Assembly (NCBI GenBank): GCA_002411015.1
Contig: DHPY01000035.1
Span: 24,118-88,117 of the forward strand
Reading direction: 5' to 3'
Origin: Armatimonadetes bacterium UBA5352
GTDB taxonomy: Bacteria > Armatimonadota > Zipacnadia > Zipacnadales > UBA5352
Length of the DNA: 64,000 nt
Part shown: in pieces, positions 35,061-45,600 of the stretch
How the letters are laid out: the number at the start of each line of letters is the position of its first letter
How positions within the stretch are numbered: the stretch's first letter is position 1
Made by a program: the position numbers and the translations under genes
Notes under the pieces: model-generated
The model's input: the letters and a program-made list of their open reading frames with translations, nothing else
Told to the model about the DNA's origin: nothing
The model's database searches: none

Positions 35061-36176
35061 TCACGCCCGATCCCTCTCCGACCACGCGCTCAGTTCACTG
35101 CGAAGCTCCAGGAGCGCGTCCGCGGCGATCGCCTCGCGCACCCGCTCCATCAACTGCGTGTAGAAGCGGATGTTGTGCAGGCTCAGCAACTGCCAGCTCA
35201 GCGGCTCCTTCATCCGATGCAGATGCCTCAGGAACGCGCGCTGAAGTCCCGCCGCGCAGGTCGGGCAGTCGCAGTTCGCGGAGAGCGGCCGCGCGTCGCT
35301 CTCATACTCAGCAGCGGCGATGCGAATCGGCCCCTCCCAGGTCATGACGCTGCCGTGGCGTGCGTTCCGCGTCGCGATCACGCAGTCGAACAGGTCCACC
35401 CCCTCCGCCGCGCAGTCGACGATGTCCAGCGGCGTCCCCACGCCCATCAGGTGCACCGGGCGTTCCTCAGGCAGGACCGCCTGTGCCGCGCGCAGCGAGA
35501 GCAGCATGTCCTCGCGGTCCTCACCCACCGAGAGCCCGCCGATCCCGAAGCCCGGGAAGCCGAGCGCCGCGGTCTCACGAGCGCTGCGCTCCCGCAAGTC
35601 CGGGAAGATCCCGCCCTGCACGATCCCGAAGAGCTGCTGGTAGCGATGCTCGTGCTCCGCCAGCGAGCGCTCGGCCCAGCGCAGCGTGCGCTCAAGCGAC
35701 CGCTCCACATACTCCCGCTCGGCCGGGCACGGGCAGCAGACGTCCAGCGGCATCGCGATATCACTGCCGAGGGCGAGCTGGATGCGCACCGACAACTCAG
35801 GCGTCAGCAGGATCGTGCTGCCGTCCACCGGAGAGCGGAAGGTGACGCCTTCCTCCCTGATGTCCTTCGGATCGGCGATGGAGAAGACCTGAAAGCCGCC
35901 GCTATCGGTCAGGATCGGCCGGCGCCAGCCCATGAACCGATGCAGGCCGCCGCACTCGGCGATCACCGCCTCCCCCGGCCGCAGGTGCAGGTGGTAGGTG
36001 TTCGCCACAAGGATCTGCACGCCCACCGCGGCCACCTCATCGGGCGGACACGCGCGCACGGCCCCGCGACTCGCGCAGGGCATGTAGGCGGGCGTGTGCA
36101 CGACCCCGTGCTCCAACTGAAGCACGCCGGTCCGCGCGCGCCCGCTATGCACCCGGTCAACTATCTCGAAACGCAT
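35061..36176 (-). CDS. tgt: tRNA-guanine transglycosylase
   Basis: NTYHL, LTDSGGFQVFS, FGIVQGG, HLMGVG, DLFDC, CDCPTC...H zinc site. Confidence 0.96.
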   Translation of the reverse strand: MRFEIVDRVHSGRARTGVLQLEHGVVHTPAYMPCASRGAVRACPPDEVAAVGVQILVANTYHLHLRPGEAVIAECGGLHRFMGWRRPILTDSGGFQVFSIADPKDIREEGVTFRSPVDGSTILLTPELSVRIQLALGSDIAMPLDVCCPCPAEREYVERSLERTLRWAERSLAEHEHRYQQLFGIVQGGIFPDLRERSARETAALGFPGFGIGGLSVGEDREDMLLSLRAAQAVLPEERPVHLMGVGTPLDIVDCAAEGVDLFDCVIATRNARHGSVMTWEGPIRIAAAEYESDARPLSANCDCPTCAAGLQRAFLRHLHRMKEPLSWQLLSLHNIRFYTQLMERVREAIAADALLELRSELSAWSERDRA

Positions 36177-36187
36177 CTCACACGCCC

Positions 36188-37210
36188 TCAGCGGATCATC
36201 ATAGCGTCGCCGTAGCTGTAGAAGCGGTAGCCCCGCTCCAGCGCCTCCTGGTATGCCGCCATCGCCCGCTCGCGCCCACCGGCGAAGGCCGCGATCATCA
36301 TCAGCAGCGTTGAGCGCGGCAGATGGAAGTTCGTGACCATCGCCTGCACGGCGCGGAAGCGGTACCCGGGATAGATGAACAGCTCCGTGCGCCCTCTGCC
36401 GGGCAGGATCTGCCCGGCCTCGCCGGCGCTGCTCTCGAGCGTCCGCGTAACGGTGGTGCCAACCGCCACCAGCCGCCCGGTCCGCGTATTTGCCTGCCGC
36501 GCGAATTCCTCGGAGACCTCGTAATACTCCGAGTGCATCTCGTGGTCCTCGATCCGCTCGACGCGCACCGGCCGGAAGGTCCCGACCCCCACGTGCAGCG
36601 TCACGTAGCCGATCTCCACCCCGCGCTCCGCGACCTCCCCCAGCAACTCCTTCGTGAAGTGCAGCCCTGCGGTGGGCGCCGCGACCGCTCCCGGCTCGCG
36701 CGCGTAGACGGTCTGGTACCGCTCGCGATCGAGAGGCTCAGCCGCCCGGCCGATGTAGGGGGGCAGCGGAGGTTCGCCCACCTGGTCGAGCGCCTCCAGC
36801 AGTTCGCCCTCGTGCCGCAACTCGATCAGCCGCCCCCCGTCCTCCTCGACCTCACGCACTGTAGCCTGTAGCACCCCGTCACCGAAGTCGATGGAGCAGC
36901 CCTCGCGCAGCCTTCTCCCGGGGCGGCCGATGGCTCGCCAGACCGAGCCATCCACCGGTTCGAGCAGCAGCAGTTCGACGACGGCCCCCCCCGGGGCCCT
37001 CCCGATCAAGCGCGCGGGGATCACTCGCGTGTCGTTCAGAGCCAGCAGATCGCCAGGCTCGAGCAGCTCAAGAATGTCCCGGAAGGTGCGGTGTGCCACC
37101 TCGCCGCTCACGCGATCCAGTACAAGCAGGCGGGACAGGTCTCGGCGTTCGGCCGGATACCTGGCGATACTCTCGGGGGGCAGGTCGTAGTCATAGTCGC
37201 TGACATTCAC
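36188..37210 (-). CDS. queA: S-adenosylmethionine:tRNA ribosyltransferase-isomerase
   Basis: DYDLP, NDTRVIPARL, PLPPYI, AAPTAGLHF, TNFHLPRSTL, YSYGDAM. Confidence 0.96.
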   Translation of the reverse strand: MNVSDYDYDLPPESIARYPAERRDLSRLLVLDRVSGEVAHRTFRDILELLEPGDLLALNDTRVIPARLIGRAPGGAVVELLLLEPVDGSVWRAIGRPGRRLREGCSIDFGDGVLQATVREVEEDGGRLIELRHEGELLEALDQVGEPPLPPYIGRAAEPLDRERYQTVYAREPGAVAAPTAGLHFTKELLGEVAERGVEIGYVTLHVGVGTFRPVRVERIEDHEMHSEYYEVSEEFARQANTRTGRLVAVGTTVTRTLESSAGEAGQILPGRGRTELFIYPGYRFRAVQAMVTNFHLPRSTLLMMIAAFAGGRERAMAAYQEALERGYRFYSYGDAMMIR

Positions 37211-37365
37211 AGGGGGCACCGGGGGATTCTTCGCCGCCGGCGGCGAACTGACCTGCCGGCGGGAACTCACCCGGCCCGTGGCGCGTTGAAACCACTGCAT
37301 GTCACGGTGTGACGAGCCGCGATGCACGCCTCAGTTCGCGAGACACGAGTGAGAGGACAATTGGC

Positions 37366-38862
37366 ATGAGGATCGCGCCAGTAGCCATCTGGCTGATGAT
37401 TATCGCGCTTCTCGGAGCCGCCGTCATCCTCCCCGGCTGCAAGCCCGAAGGGGAGAGCGCCACGGTCAACGAGGAAGCGCCTGCCGTTGATGAACACGGG
37501 CACCCGGTCGGAGAGCACGACGAGGAGGCTGCGACCGCTGAGCCGGTCGGCGAAGTACCCGATGAGGTCACGCCCGAACAGGCCCAGGCGGCTCTCTCCG
37601 CCGAGGTCGACCTCAACCGTGCCTACGGCCCCACCGATATCTCGCCGCTCACCACGGTGCTGAGGATCGGCACCGAGGAGCAGAAGCAGAAGGCCCGCGA
37701 GACGCTCCAGCGCCTGCTGCTGCACAGCACTGTGGTGGAGACGCGGGTAGCGGCAGCCAGCAGCCTCGGGATGGACGCGAACTCTGTTGACGCGCTCTCG
37801 CAGGCGGTGATGAATGACCCGCAGAAGCCGGTGCGACAGGCGGCGATCTCGTCGCTAATGTCGGCCGAGGCGACCCCCCAGGTGCTCGCGGCACTTCAGC
37901 GGGCCCAGGCGGCGCCGGACCCGGACGTGCGGGCCACCGCACTCACGGGCGAGATGGAGGTGCGCCTGAACAGCTACAAGCCCGGCGATGATCTCCAGTG
38001 GATCATCCGGCTGCTTGACCGCAGGCGCGACGATGCCTCCGCGCAGATGCAGATGCGGCTTGTCCAGCGCGGCGCGCCGATACTCCCTGCCCTGATCACT
38101 GTGCTGAAGACCGCTCCCACAGCGCAGGCACGCGCTGGCGCCGCAACCGCCATCATGTGCATCTGCGCAGGGACCAATCCGAAGCAGCAGCAGTTCGCCG
38201 AGTTGTCGCGCGCGAACATTGAGAAGGAGGGCCTCGAGAAGCCGCAGCCCGCGAACCTGGACGGCGTCAAGCCCCTGGAGACCGCACTTGCGAACGACCC
38301 GGCGTGGGAGGTGCGGGCGATCGCTGCTCAGGGACTGGGCTACCTCGGCCAGGCAAGCTCTGCGCCGCTGCTCGGACACGCGCTGAGCGATGAGCGCGAG
38401 GAAGTGCGCTGGTGGGCGGCACTGGGTTTGGAGACGGTGCCCTCAGAGGCTGCGGTCGCGGACCTCGCGAGTGCCGCTCGGCGTGATCCCTCGCAGAGGG
38501 TCCGAGCCGCCGCCGTCCGCTCGCTCGGCTGGTCGGGAAGCGAGGATGCGATCAACCCGCTCATCTACGCGACACGTGACGCATCGGCCGCGGTGCGCCA
38601 GGCGGCCGCTCAGGAACTGGCCCGCTTCAAGTCGCAGGTGAGCCTCCAGGCACTCGTCAGGCTGTTCAAGGACACGGATGAGGATGTGCGCTGGGCGGCC
38701 GTCGTGGCGGCGGGCGAGCTGCGGGATGAGGAGACGGTGCCTGCGCTGATCGAGGCGATGCGCGATCGCAGCCCCATGGTGGCCAACGCCGCTGAGCGCG
38801 CACTCCAACGCATGGGCCGCGCGGAGCAGCGCTTCGGCCTCAAGAGCGAGACCGAGACCTGA
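37366..38862 (+). CDS. HEAT-repeat lipoprotein
   Basis: Signal peptide ending LPGC lipobox; repeated D....VR..AA..LG units. Confidence 0.85.
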   Translation: MRIAPVAIWLMIIALLGAAVILPGCKPEGESATVNEEAPAVDEHGHPVGEHDEEAATAEPVGEVPDEVTPEQAQAALSAEVDLNRAYGPTDISPLTTVLRIGTEEQKQKARETLQRLLLHSTVVETRVAAASSLGMDANSVDALSQAVMNDPQKPVRQAAISSLMSAEATPQVLAALQRAQAAPDPDVRATALTGEMEVRLNSYKPGDDLQWIIRLLDRRRDDASAQMQMRLVQRGAPILPALITVLKTAPTAQARAGAATAIMCICAGTNPKQQQFAELSRANIEKEGLEKPQPANLDGVKPLETALANDPAWEVRAIAAQGLGYLGQASSAPLLGHALSDEREEVRWWAALGLETVPSEAAVADLASAARRDPSQRVRAAAVRSLGWSGSEDAINPLIYATRDASAAVRQAAAQELARFKSQVSLQALVRLFKDTDEDVRWAAVVAAGELRDEETVPALIEAMRDRSPMVANAAERALQRMGRAEQRFGLKSETET

Positions 38863-38935
38863 GCGATCGGCCTCAAGCCGCATATGCAGGCGGCGGCGCC
38901 GAAGGCGCCGCCGTCATCGTCTCAGGACCACGCTG

Positions 38936-39604
38936 CTACTGCGGGGCGAGGTGCTCGACGATCCCCCACGTGCTCGGATCACGCTCATAGGGCACATCGG
39001 GCGCGGCGCCCCAGAGTTGCCGCCCACGCTGGATGTCGTGCACCACAACCGCCATGCCGATGCGAAGCCCCGGCCGCGGTTCGTAGCCATGCAGCGCCTC
39101 TGCGCCAAGCGCGAGTTCGAGGACGTAGCTCTCCTCATGGACGCCGGTCGCCGCGCGCACCGCGGACATGCTGATCGGCTGCGAGCGCTGGAGTGCCCGC
39201 CGAATCGGCTGCTGGATGACCTGCGGCTTCCCATCGGCCTCGCCCGGCGGCACGGGCAGCATCGTCAGATGATAGCAGAACTGGCTCGCGCGGTGGCTCG
39301 TACGGGCGCCGCGCGTGTCCAGGAACAGCTCGACCGCGTCGCCGCTCGCGGGGCTCTCGCGGTTCGTCACGATCCGCTCCTGCTTCGGCACCTCAAGCGC
39401 AAGATAAAGCCCGCGCTCATTCCATGCCAGGAAGAGGTCCGCATACTGCTCCACGCCCGCCAGCTCACCCAGCGGCGGCATGCGCTGCTCGGGCGACCAG
39501 TCGCCGAGGTGGCCGTCTACGCGCGGCGAGTGCTCCCGCCACGGGCAGAGCGCGATCGTCGAGAAGAGCGCGGCGGGCGGGAACTCGAACTCGGACGCGC
39601 TCAT
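38936..39604 (-). CDS. CBM9/DOMON-like sugar-binding domain protein, translationally coupled to uvrA
   Basis: VDGHLGDW, LAWNERGLYL, GDAVELFLD, Y.LE, PSTWG motifs; ATGA overlap with uvrA stop. Confidence 0.7.
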   Translation of the reverse strand: MSASEFEFPPAALFSTIALCPWREHSPRVDGHLGDWSPEQRMPPLGELAGVEQYADLFLAWNERGLYLALEVPKQERIVTNRESPASGDAVELFLDTRGARTSHRASQFCYHLTMLPVPPGEADGKPQVIQQPIRRALQRSQPISMSAVRAATGVHEESYVLELALGAEALHGYEPRPGLRIGMAVVVHDIQRGRQLWGAAPDVPYERDPSTWGIVEHLAPQ

Positions 39605-42600
39605 TCGGCCGCCACCTCCGCCTCGCGCCGCGCGAGAGCTGCAGCGATCAAGTCCCGGAAGCCCTCGGTACGCAGCTCCTCCTCCGCGAACGCCCAGATC
39701 GTGATAAGGTCGTAGCCGCGCGGCCGCGTGCTCAACCGCACCCGCGATCCCTTGCCGTAGCGCGGAAGGCTTTCGATCTCGTCCCACGTCGGCAGCGCGA
39801 GGTCCCGCTCCAGTGCCGACTGCACGAACACGCCCTTCGGCGCGCGGATCTGCACGCGCAGGTCCCACCGCCGGTGCGTCTGCGCGCGCGCGATCCACTC
39901 AGGCTCACCCGGACGGGTGAGCGTGACCGACTCCGGGTCGGCCCAGTCGGCGTCGTCCACGCCCAGCGCCTCCGCCGCATTCTCTACGAACGCCTCCAGC
40001 GCCCCCGGCTCCCACTCGCGCGGGTCGCCGGCGGGTGTGCTTTCGGCGAGGTGCCAGCCGCGGCCATCAGTCTCCCACGGGCGCACAGCGTCCTCCGCGA
40101 GCGCCTGCAGCGCCGCCCGATGTACGGATCGCCCAGGGCCCGCCGAAGGCGCCTCCACGACGCGCTCCTCGCGCCGCGAGCGCTCCAGGGCCGACTTCAG
40201 GAAGGGCGCTGTCGCCGAGTCGGCCACCCGCGCGACCTCCTCCGGCCGCCCGGCCCCAACGAGGTAGCCGCCCTCGTCACCGCCGCCGGGGCCGAGGTCG
40301 ATCAGCCAGTCCGCGCACTTGATCAGGTCGAGGTTATGCTCGATGACGATTACGGTGTTCCCGGCCTCCACGAGCCGCTGCAGGACCTCAAGCAGCTTCA
40401 GCACATCCGCGCAGTGCAGGCCTGTGGTCGGCTCGTCGAGGATGTACACCGCGTGGCCCTGCGTCCGCCGTGACAGCTCGCGCGCCAGCTTCACCCGCTG
40501 CGCCTCGCCCCCCGAGAGCATCGGCGCCGCCTGCCCGAGCGGCAGGTAGTCCAGCCCCACGTCCGCCATCGTCTGCAGGATGTGCCGGATGCGCGGGAAG
40601 CTCGCGAAATGCTCCAGCGCCTCGCCCACCGTCATCTCCAGGACGTCCGCGATGCTCTTCCCGCGATACTGCACCGCGCGCGTCTGCGCCTCATAGCGCG
40701 TGCCGCCGCAGTCCTCGCACTCCACCCAGACATCGGGCAGGAAGTGCATCTCAATGAGCCGCCGCCCCATGCCCTCGCAGGCCTCGCAGCGCCCCCCGCG
40801 CTTGTTGAAGCTGAAGCGATCGGGGCCGTAGCCGCGCACGACCGCCTCCGGCAGCATCGAGTAAAGCTCGCGAATCAGATCGAAGACGCCGGAGTAGGTC
40901 GCGGGGCTTGACCGCGGCGTCTGCCCGATCGGCGCCTGGTCGATGTTCACAACCGCGTCAAGCTGCTCAATGCCGATGATCCGCCGGTGCGGCCCGCCGA
41001 CCTCCTGCGCCCCGTGGAGGTGATATGCAAGCTCCGGGTAGAGGATCTCATTCACCAAGGAAGTCTTCCCCGAGCCCGATGGCCCGCTCACGCAGGTCAG
41101 CACGCCGAGCGGGAAATCCACCGTGATCCCGCGCAGGTTGTGATGGCTCGCGCCGACCACGCGCAGCCAGCCATCGGCGGTGGCCGCGCCCTCCGCGGGG
41201 GGAAGCTCCCGCCGGTGCGCGGGCACGGGCACCTGCAGATCGCCGCTGAGCAGCCTCCCGGTGGCCGATCCCTTCCGCCGCATGACCTGCTGGAGCGTCC
41301 CGGCGGCCATCACCCGCCCGCCCTGCGGCCCGGAGCCCGGACCGAGGTCGATGATGTGATCGGCCTCGCGCAGCGTCTGCTCATCGTGCTCGACGACGAG
41401 CGCGGTGTTGCCGAGGTCGCGGAGGTCCTTCAGCGCCTGCAGCATCCGCACGTTGTCCCGCGGATGCACGCCCACCGTCGGCTCATCCAGCACGTAGAGC
41501 ACGCCGGTCAGCCCCGAGCCGATCTGCCCCGCGAGCCGCACGCGCTGGCTCTCGCCCCCGGAGAGCGATGGCGCAGGCCGGTGCAGCGTCAGGTAGCCCA
41601 GCCCGACCTCCACGAGCAGGCGCAGGCGGCGCAGGATCTCGTCGCGGATCTCCGCCGTCAGGTCCTCCTCGCGCTCGGAGAGCTCAAGTCCCTCGAAGAA
41701 CTCCAGCGCCTCATGCAGCGGTGCGCGGCACAGGTCCACGATGCTCCGTCCGCGCAACTTCGCCGCGGAGGCCTCGGGGTTGAGCCGCCCTCCGCGGCAG
41801 GTCGGGCAGGGCAGGTCGCGCAGGACGCGCCCGACGCGTTTGCGGAAGCGCGAGCTCATCCGGCTCGCCTCCTCGATCGAGGAAACGAGGCCGTGGAACT
41901 GCACGCGCAGCGCGCCGTCCACCGCGAACTCGCGCTCGCCCGTGCCGTAGAAGATCAGATGCCGATAGTCCTCGCTCAGCTCCTCAAAGGGCGTGTCGAG
42001 GTCGAAGCCGTTCGCCTCGGCGACCGCGCCAAGCATCCGCTCGAGCAGCGATTCCGGCCGCAGCTCGCCCCACGGGCTCAGCGCGCCCTGGTGGATGGAC
42101 AGCGCCGGATCGGGCACGAGCGCGCGCGGATCGGCGCCTCTGCGGGTCCCGAGGCCCTCACAGGTCGGACACCAGCCCTCCCGGTGATTGAACGAGAACA
42201 GCCGCGGCGTCAGCGGATCGTAGGCCGCGCCGCACTGCTGGCAGGAGCTGTGCTGGGAGTACGCGCGCTCACCGCTGCCGCTCTCTCCCTCTCCCTCTCC
42301 CGCCCGCGCCGAAGGCGCCAGGGGGAGGGGGTCGGGGGGAGGGGCCACCGGCGCCGCAGTGAGCCGCCCGCCGCTCAGCCCAAGCGCGGTCTCCACGGCC
42401 TCGGCCACGCGCGACCGCCGCCCCTCCGCGAGATCCACGCGATCCACCACCACCTCCACGCTGTGCTGGCGGCGACGCCTGATCGCGCGCTCGAGCGGCA
42501 GGTGCTGCACCTCGCCATCGACGCGCACCCGCATCCAGCCCTGCCGGTGCAGGCGCTCGAACAGCTCCGCCCACTCCTCGTTGCCGCGCGGCTCGATCGG

Positions 42601-45600
42601 TGCGAGGATCAGCACCCGCTGCCCGCGGAACTCGCTCATAAGCTCCGCCGCGATCTGATCCTGCGTCTTCGCACCCACCTCCGCCCCGCACCGCGGGCAG
42701 TGCGGCGTCGCGAGGCGCGCGAAGAGCACCCGGGCGTAGTCGTAGATCGTGGTGACGGTCCCCACTGTCGAGCGCGGGTTGTGCGAGGGCTGCTTCTGAT
42801 CGATTGCTACCGCCGGCGGCAGCCCGGTCACGCGGTCCACCTTCGGCTTGTCTATCTGCCCCACGAACTGCCGCGCGTAGGATGACAGCGACTCCACGTA
42901 GCGCCGCTGCCCCTCGGCGTAGATCGTGTCCAGCGCCAGCGAACTTTTCCCCGAGCCGCTCATGCCGGAGATGACCGTCAGCTTGTGCCGCGGAATCTTC
43001 GCGTCCACCGAGCGCAGGTTGTGCTCCCGTGCGCCGCTGACCACGATGTCCCCCGGCTTGACGTGCCTGCGGCGGGTGGCCGAGTGCACGTCGGCCACCT
43101 CGACCTCGCCCTTGCTCAGAAGCTCCCGCAGCATCGCCCCGGTGTGCGAGTGCGCGCAGGCCGCGACCTCCTCGGGCGTACCGGCTGCGACGATCGTTCC
43201 GCCCTCCGCGCCGCCTTCGGGGCCGAGGTCTATCACCCAGTCGGCGCTCTTCACGATGTCCGGGTGATGCTCCACCACGATGACCGTGTTACCCTCGTCC
43301 ACGAAGCGATGCAGCACGTTCAGCAGGTGCTGCACGTCCGCGAAGTGCAGGCCGGTGGTGGGCTCGTCGAGGATGTAAAGCGTCCGGCCGGTGCGCGGCC
43401 GCGCCAACTCCTCCGCGAGCTTCACGCGCTGCGCCTCGCCGCCCGAGAGCGTTGGCGCGGGCTGCCCGAGCTTGATGTAGCCGAGGCCGACGTCCTCCAT
43501 GATCTGCAACATTGAGCGGATCTTCGGCTGGTTCGCGAAGAACTCCAGCGCCTCCCCGACCTCCATCGCCAGCACCTCGGCGATGTTCCGGCCGCGGTAG
43601 CGCACGCCGAGGGTCTCATCATCGTAGCGCCGTCCGGAGCAGGCCTCGCACTCCACCCACACGTCCGCGAGGAAGTCCGACTCGAGCTTGATCGCACCGT
43701 GGCCCTCGCAGGCGGAGCAGCGCCCCTCCTCCACGTTGAAGCTGAAGCGGCCCGGCGCGTAGCCACGCTGGCGCGACTCGGGCAGCTCCGCGTAGAGCCT
43801 GCGGATGTGATCGAAGACGCCAACGTACGTGCCGGGGTTGCTGCGCGGCGTGCGGCCGATCGGGTCCTGGTCGATCATCACCGTCTTGTCGAGCAGCTCC
43901 AGGCCATCGATGCCCTCGTGATCGCCTGCCTCAGCCTCGGAGCCCTGCAGCGCCCGCGCGAGCGCCGGGAAGAGCGTGTCGGTCACGAGCGAGCTCTTCC
44001 CCGAGCCGGAGACGCCGGTGACCGCGATCAGCCGCCCGAGCGGGAACTCCACCGTCAGATCGCGCAGGTTGTTGTGCCGCGCGCCACGCACGATGATCCG
44101 CTCGCCGTCGCCGTTGCGACGGTGCTCGGGAGCCGCGACCTCATCCCGCCCGGCGAGGTAGCGCCCGGTGAGGGAGCCGCTGCAGCGCGCAACCTGCCGC
44201 GGCGTGCCCATCGCGACGATCTCCCCTCCGCGCTGGCCGGCGCCCGGGCCGAAGTCAACCACCAGGTCTGCCGCGCGGATGGTCTGCTCGTCATGTTCGA
44301 CGACGATGATCGAGTTGCCCGTGTCGCGCAGGTGCTCCAGCGTCTTCAGAAGCTGCCCCTGGTCCCGGTGGTGCAGGCCGATGCTCGGCTCGTCGAGCAC
44401 GTAGAGCACATCCACGAGCCCGCTGCCGACCTGCCCGGCCAGCCGGATGCGCTGCGCCTCGCCGCCGGAGAGCGTCGGCGCGGTGCGGTCGAGCGAGAGG
44501 TAGTCGAGACCCACGTCCGCGAGGAACTGCAGCCGCGCGCGGATCTCCTTGAGCGCGTCCTCGGCGATCGCCGCATGGGCCGCTGAGACCTCCAGGCCCT
44601 CGAAGAAGCCGCGCGCGTCGCCGATGGTCATCCCCATCACGTCGGAGATCGAGGCGCCACCGATGGTGATCGCGAGGCTCTCCGGCCGCAGCCGCTTGCC
44701 ATTGCAGGTCGCGCAGACGCCGATGCGCATCGCTTCCTCGAACTTCTTCCGCAGCGAGCGCGCCTTCAGCCGCCTGTAGCGGCCCGTAAGGTGCGCCATC
44801 AGCCCGTCCCACGGGTCCGCGTGCTTCCACTCCCAGCGGTGCCGCGGGTGCACGAACTCGAACTCAATCAGTTCGCCTCCGGAGCCGTAGAGCAGCCGCT
44901 CCCGCTGCTCCTCGGTCAGCTCGCGCCATGGGGTGTCGATGGTGAAGCCGTAGCGCCGCGCGACGCCCTCCAGCCAGTGCCGCCAGCGCGGGTTCGAGGT
45001 CGAGGACATCAGCTCAATGCAGCCCTGGCGCAGCGACCTGTTCGGGTGAGTGACGATCAGCTCAGGCACGAAGTCGCGGCGCTCGCCGAGGCCGTCGCAG
45101 TCCGGGCACATGCCCCGCGGCGAGTTGAAGGAGAAGTGAGCGTGCGTGGGCGTCTCGAGGCTGATCCCGCAGTCGGCGCAGGCGAAGCGGCTCGAGAGCA
45201 GCAGGTCATCCCAGCCCTCCTCGCCCTCCTCCGGCTCCATCGTGACGATCACGTCGCCGCCGGAGAGCTCCAGCGCCTGCTCCACCGCGTCGGCGATGCG
45301 CGCTTCGTTCCGCGGGGTGACGGTCACGCGGTCAGTCACGATCTCGATGTCGTGGAAGCGCTGGCGGTCGAGCTCGGGGGGGTTGCGCAGTTCGATGACC
45401 TCGCCATCAACGCGCGCCCGAGCCCAACCGCGGCGGAGCATGTCCTCGAAGAGGTCGAGGAACTCGCCCTTCTGCCGCCGCGCGACCGGGCCGAGGACCA
45501 TCACCCGCGCGCCGGGCCGCGACATGATCCGCGTGAGGATGGCATCACGCGACTGGCTGCCGATCTCCCGCCCGCAGCGCGGGCAGTGCGGCACGCCGAT

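Noticed and set aside
35061-37210. tgt/queA as a deazaguanine DNA modification (dpd) system
   Set aside because: Canonical queA-tgt tRNA pair with no dpd partner genes
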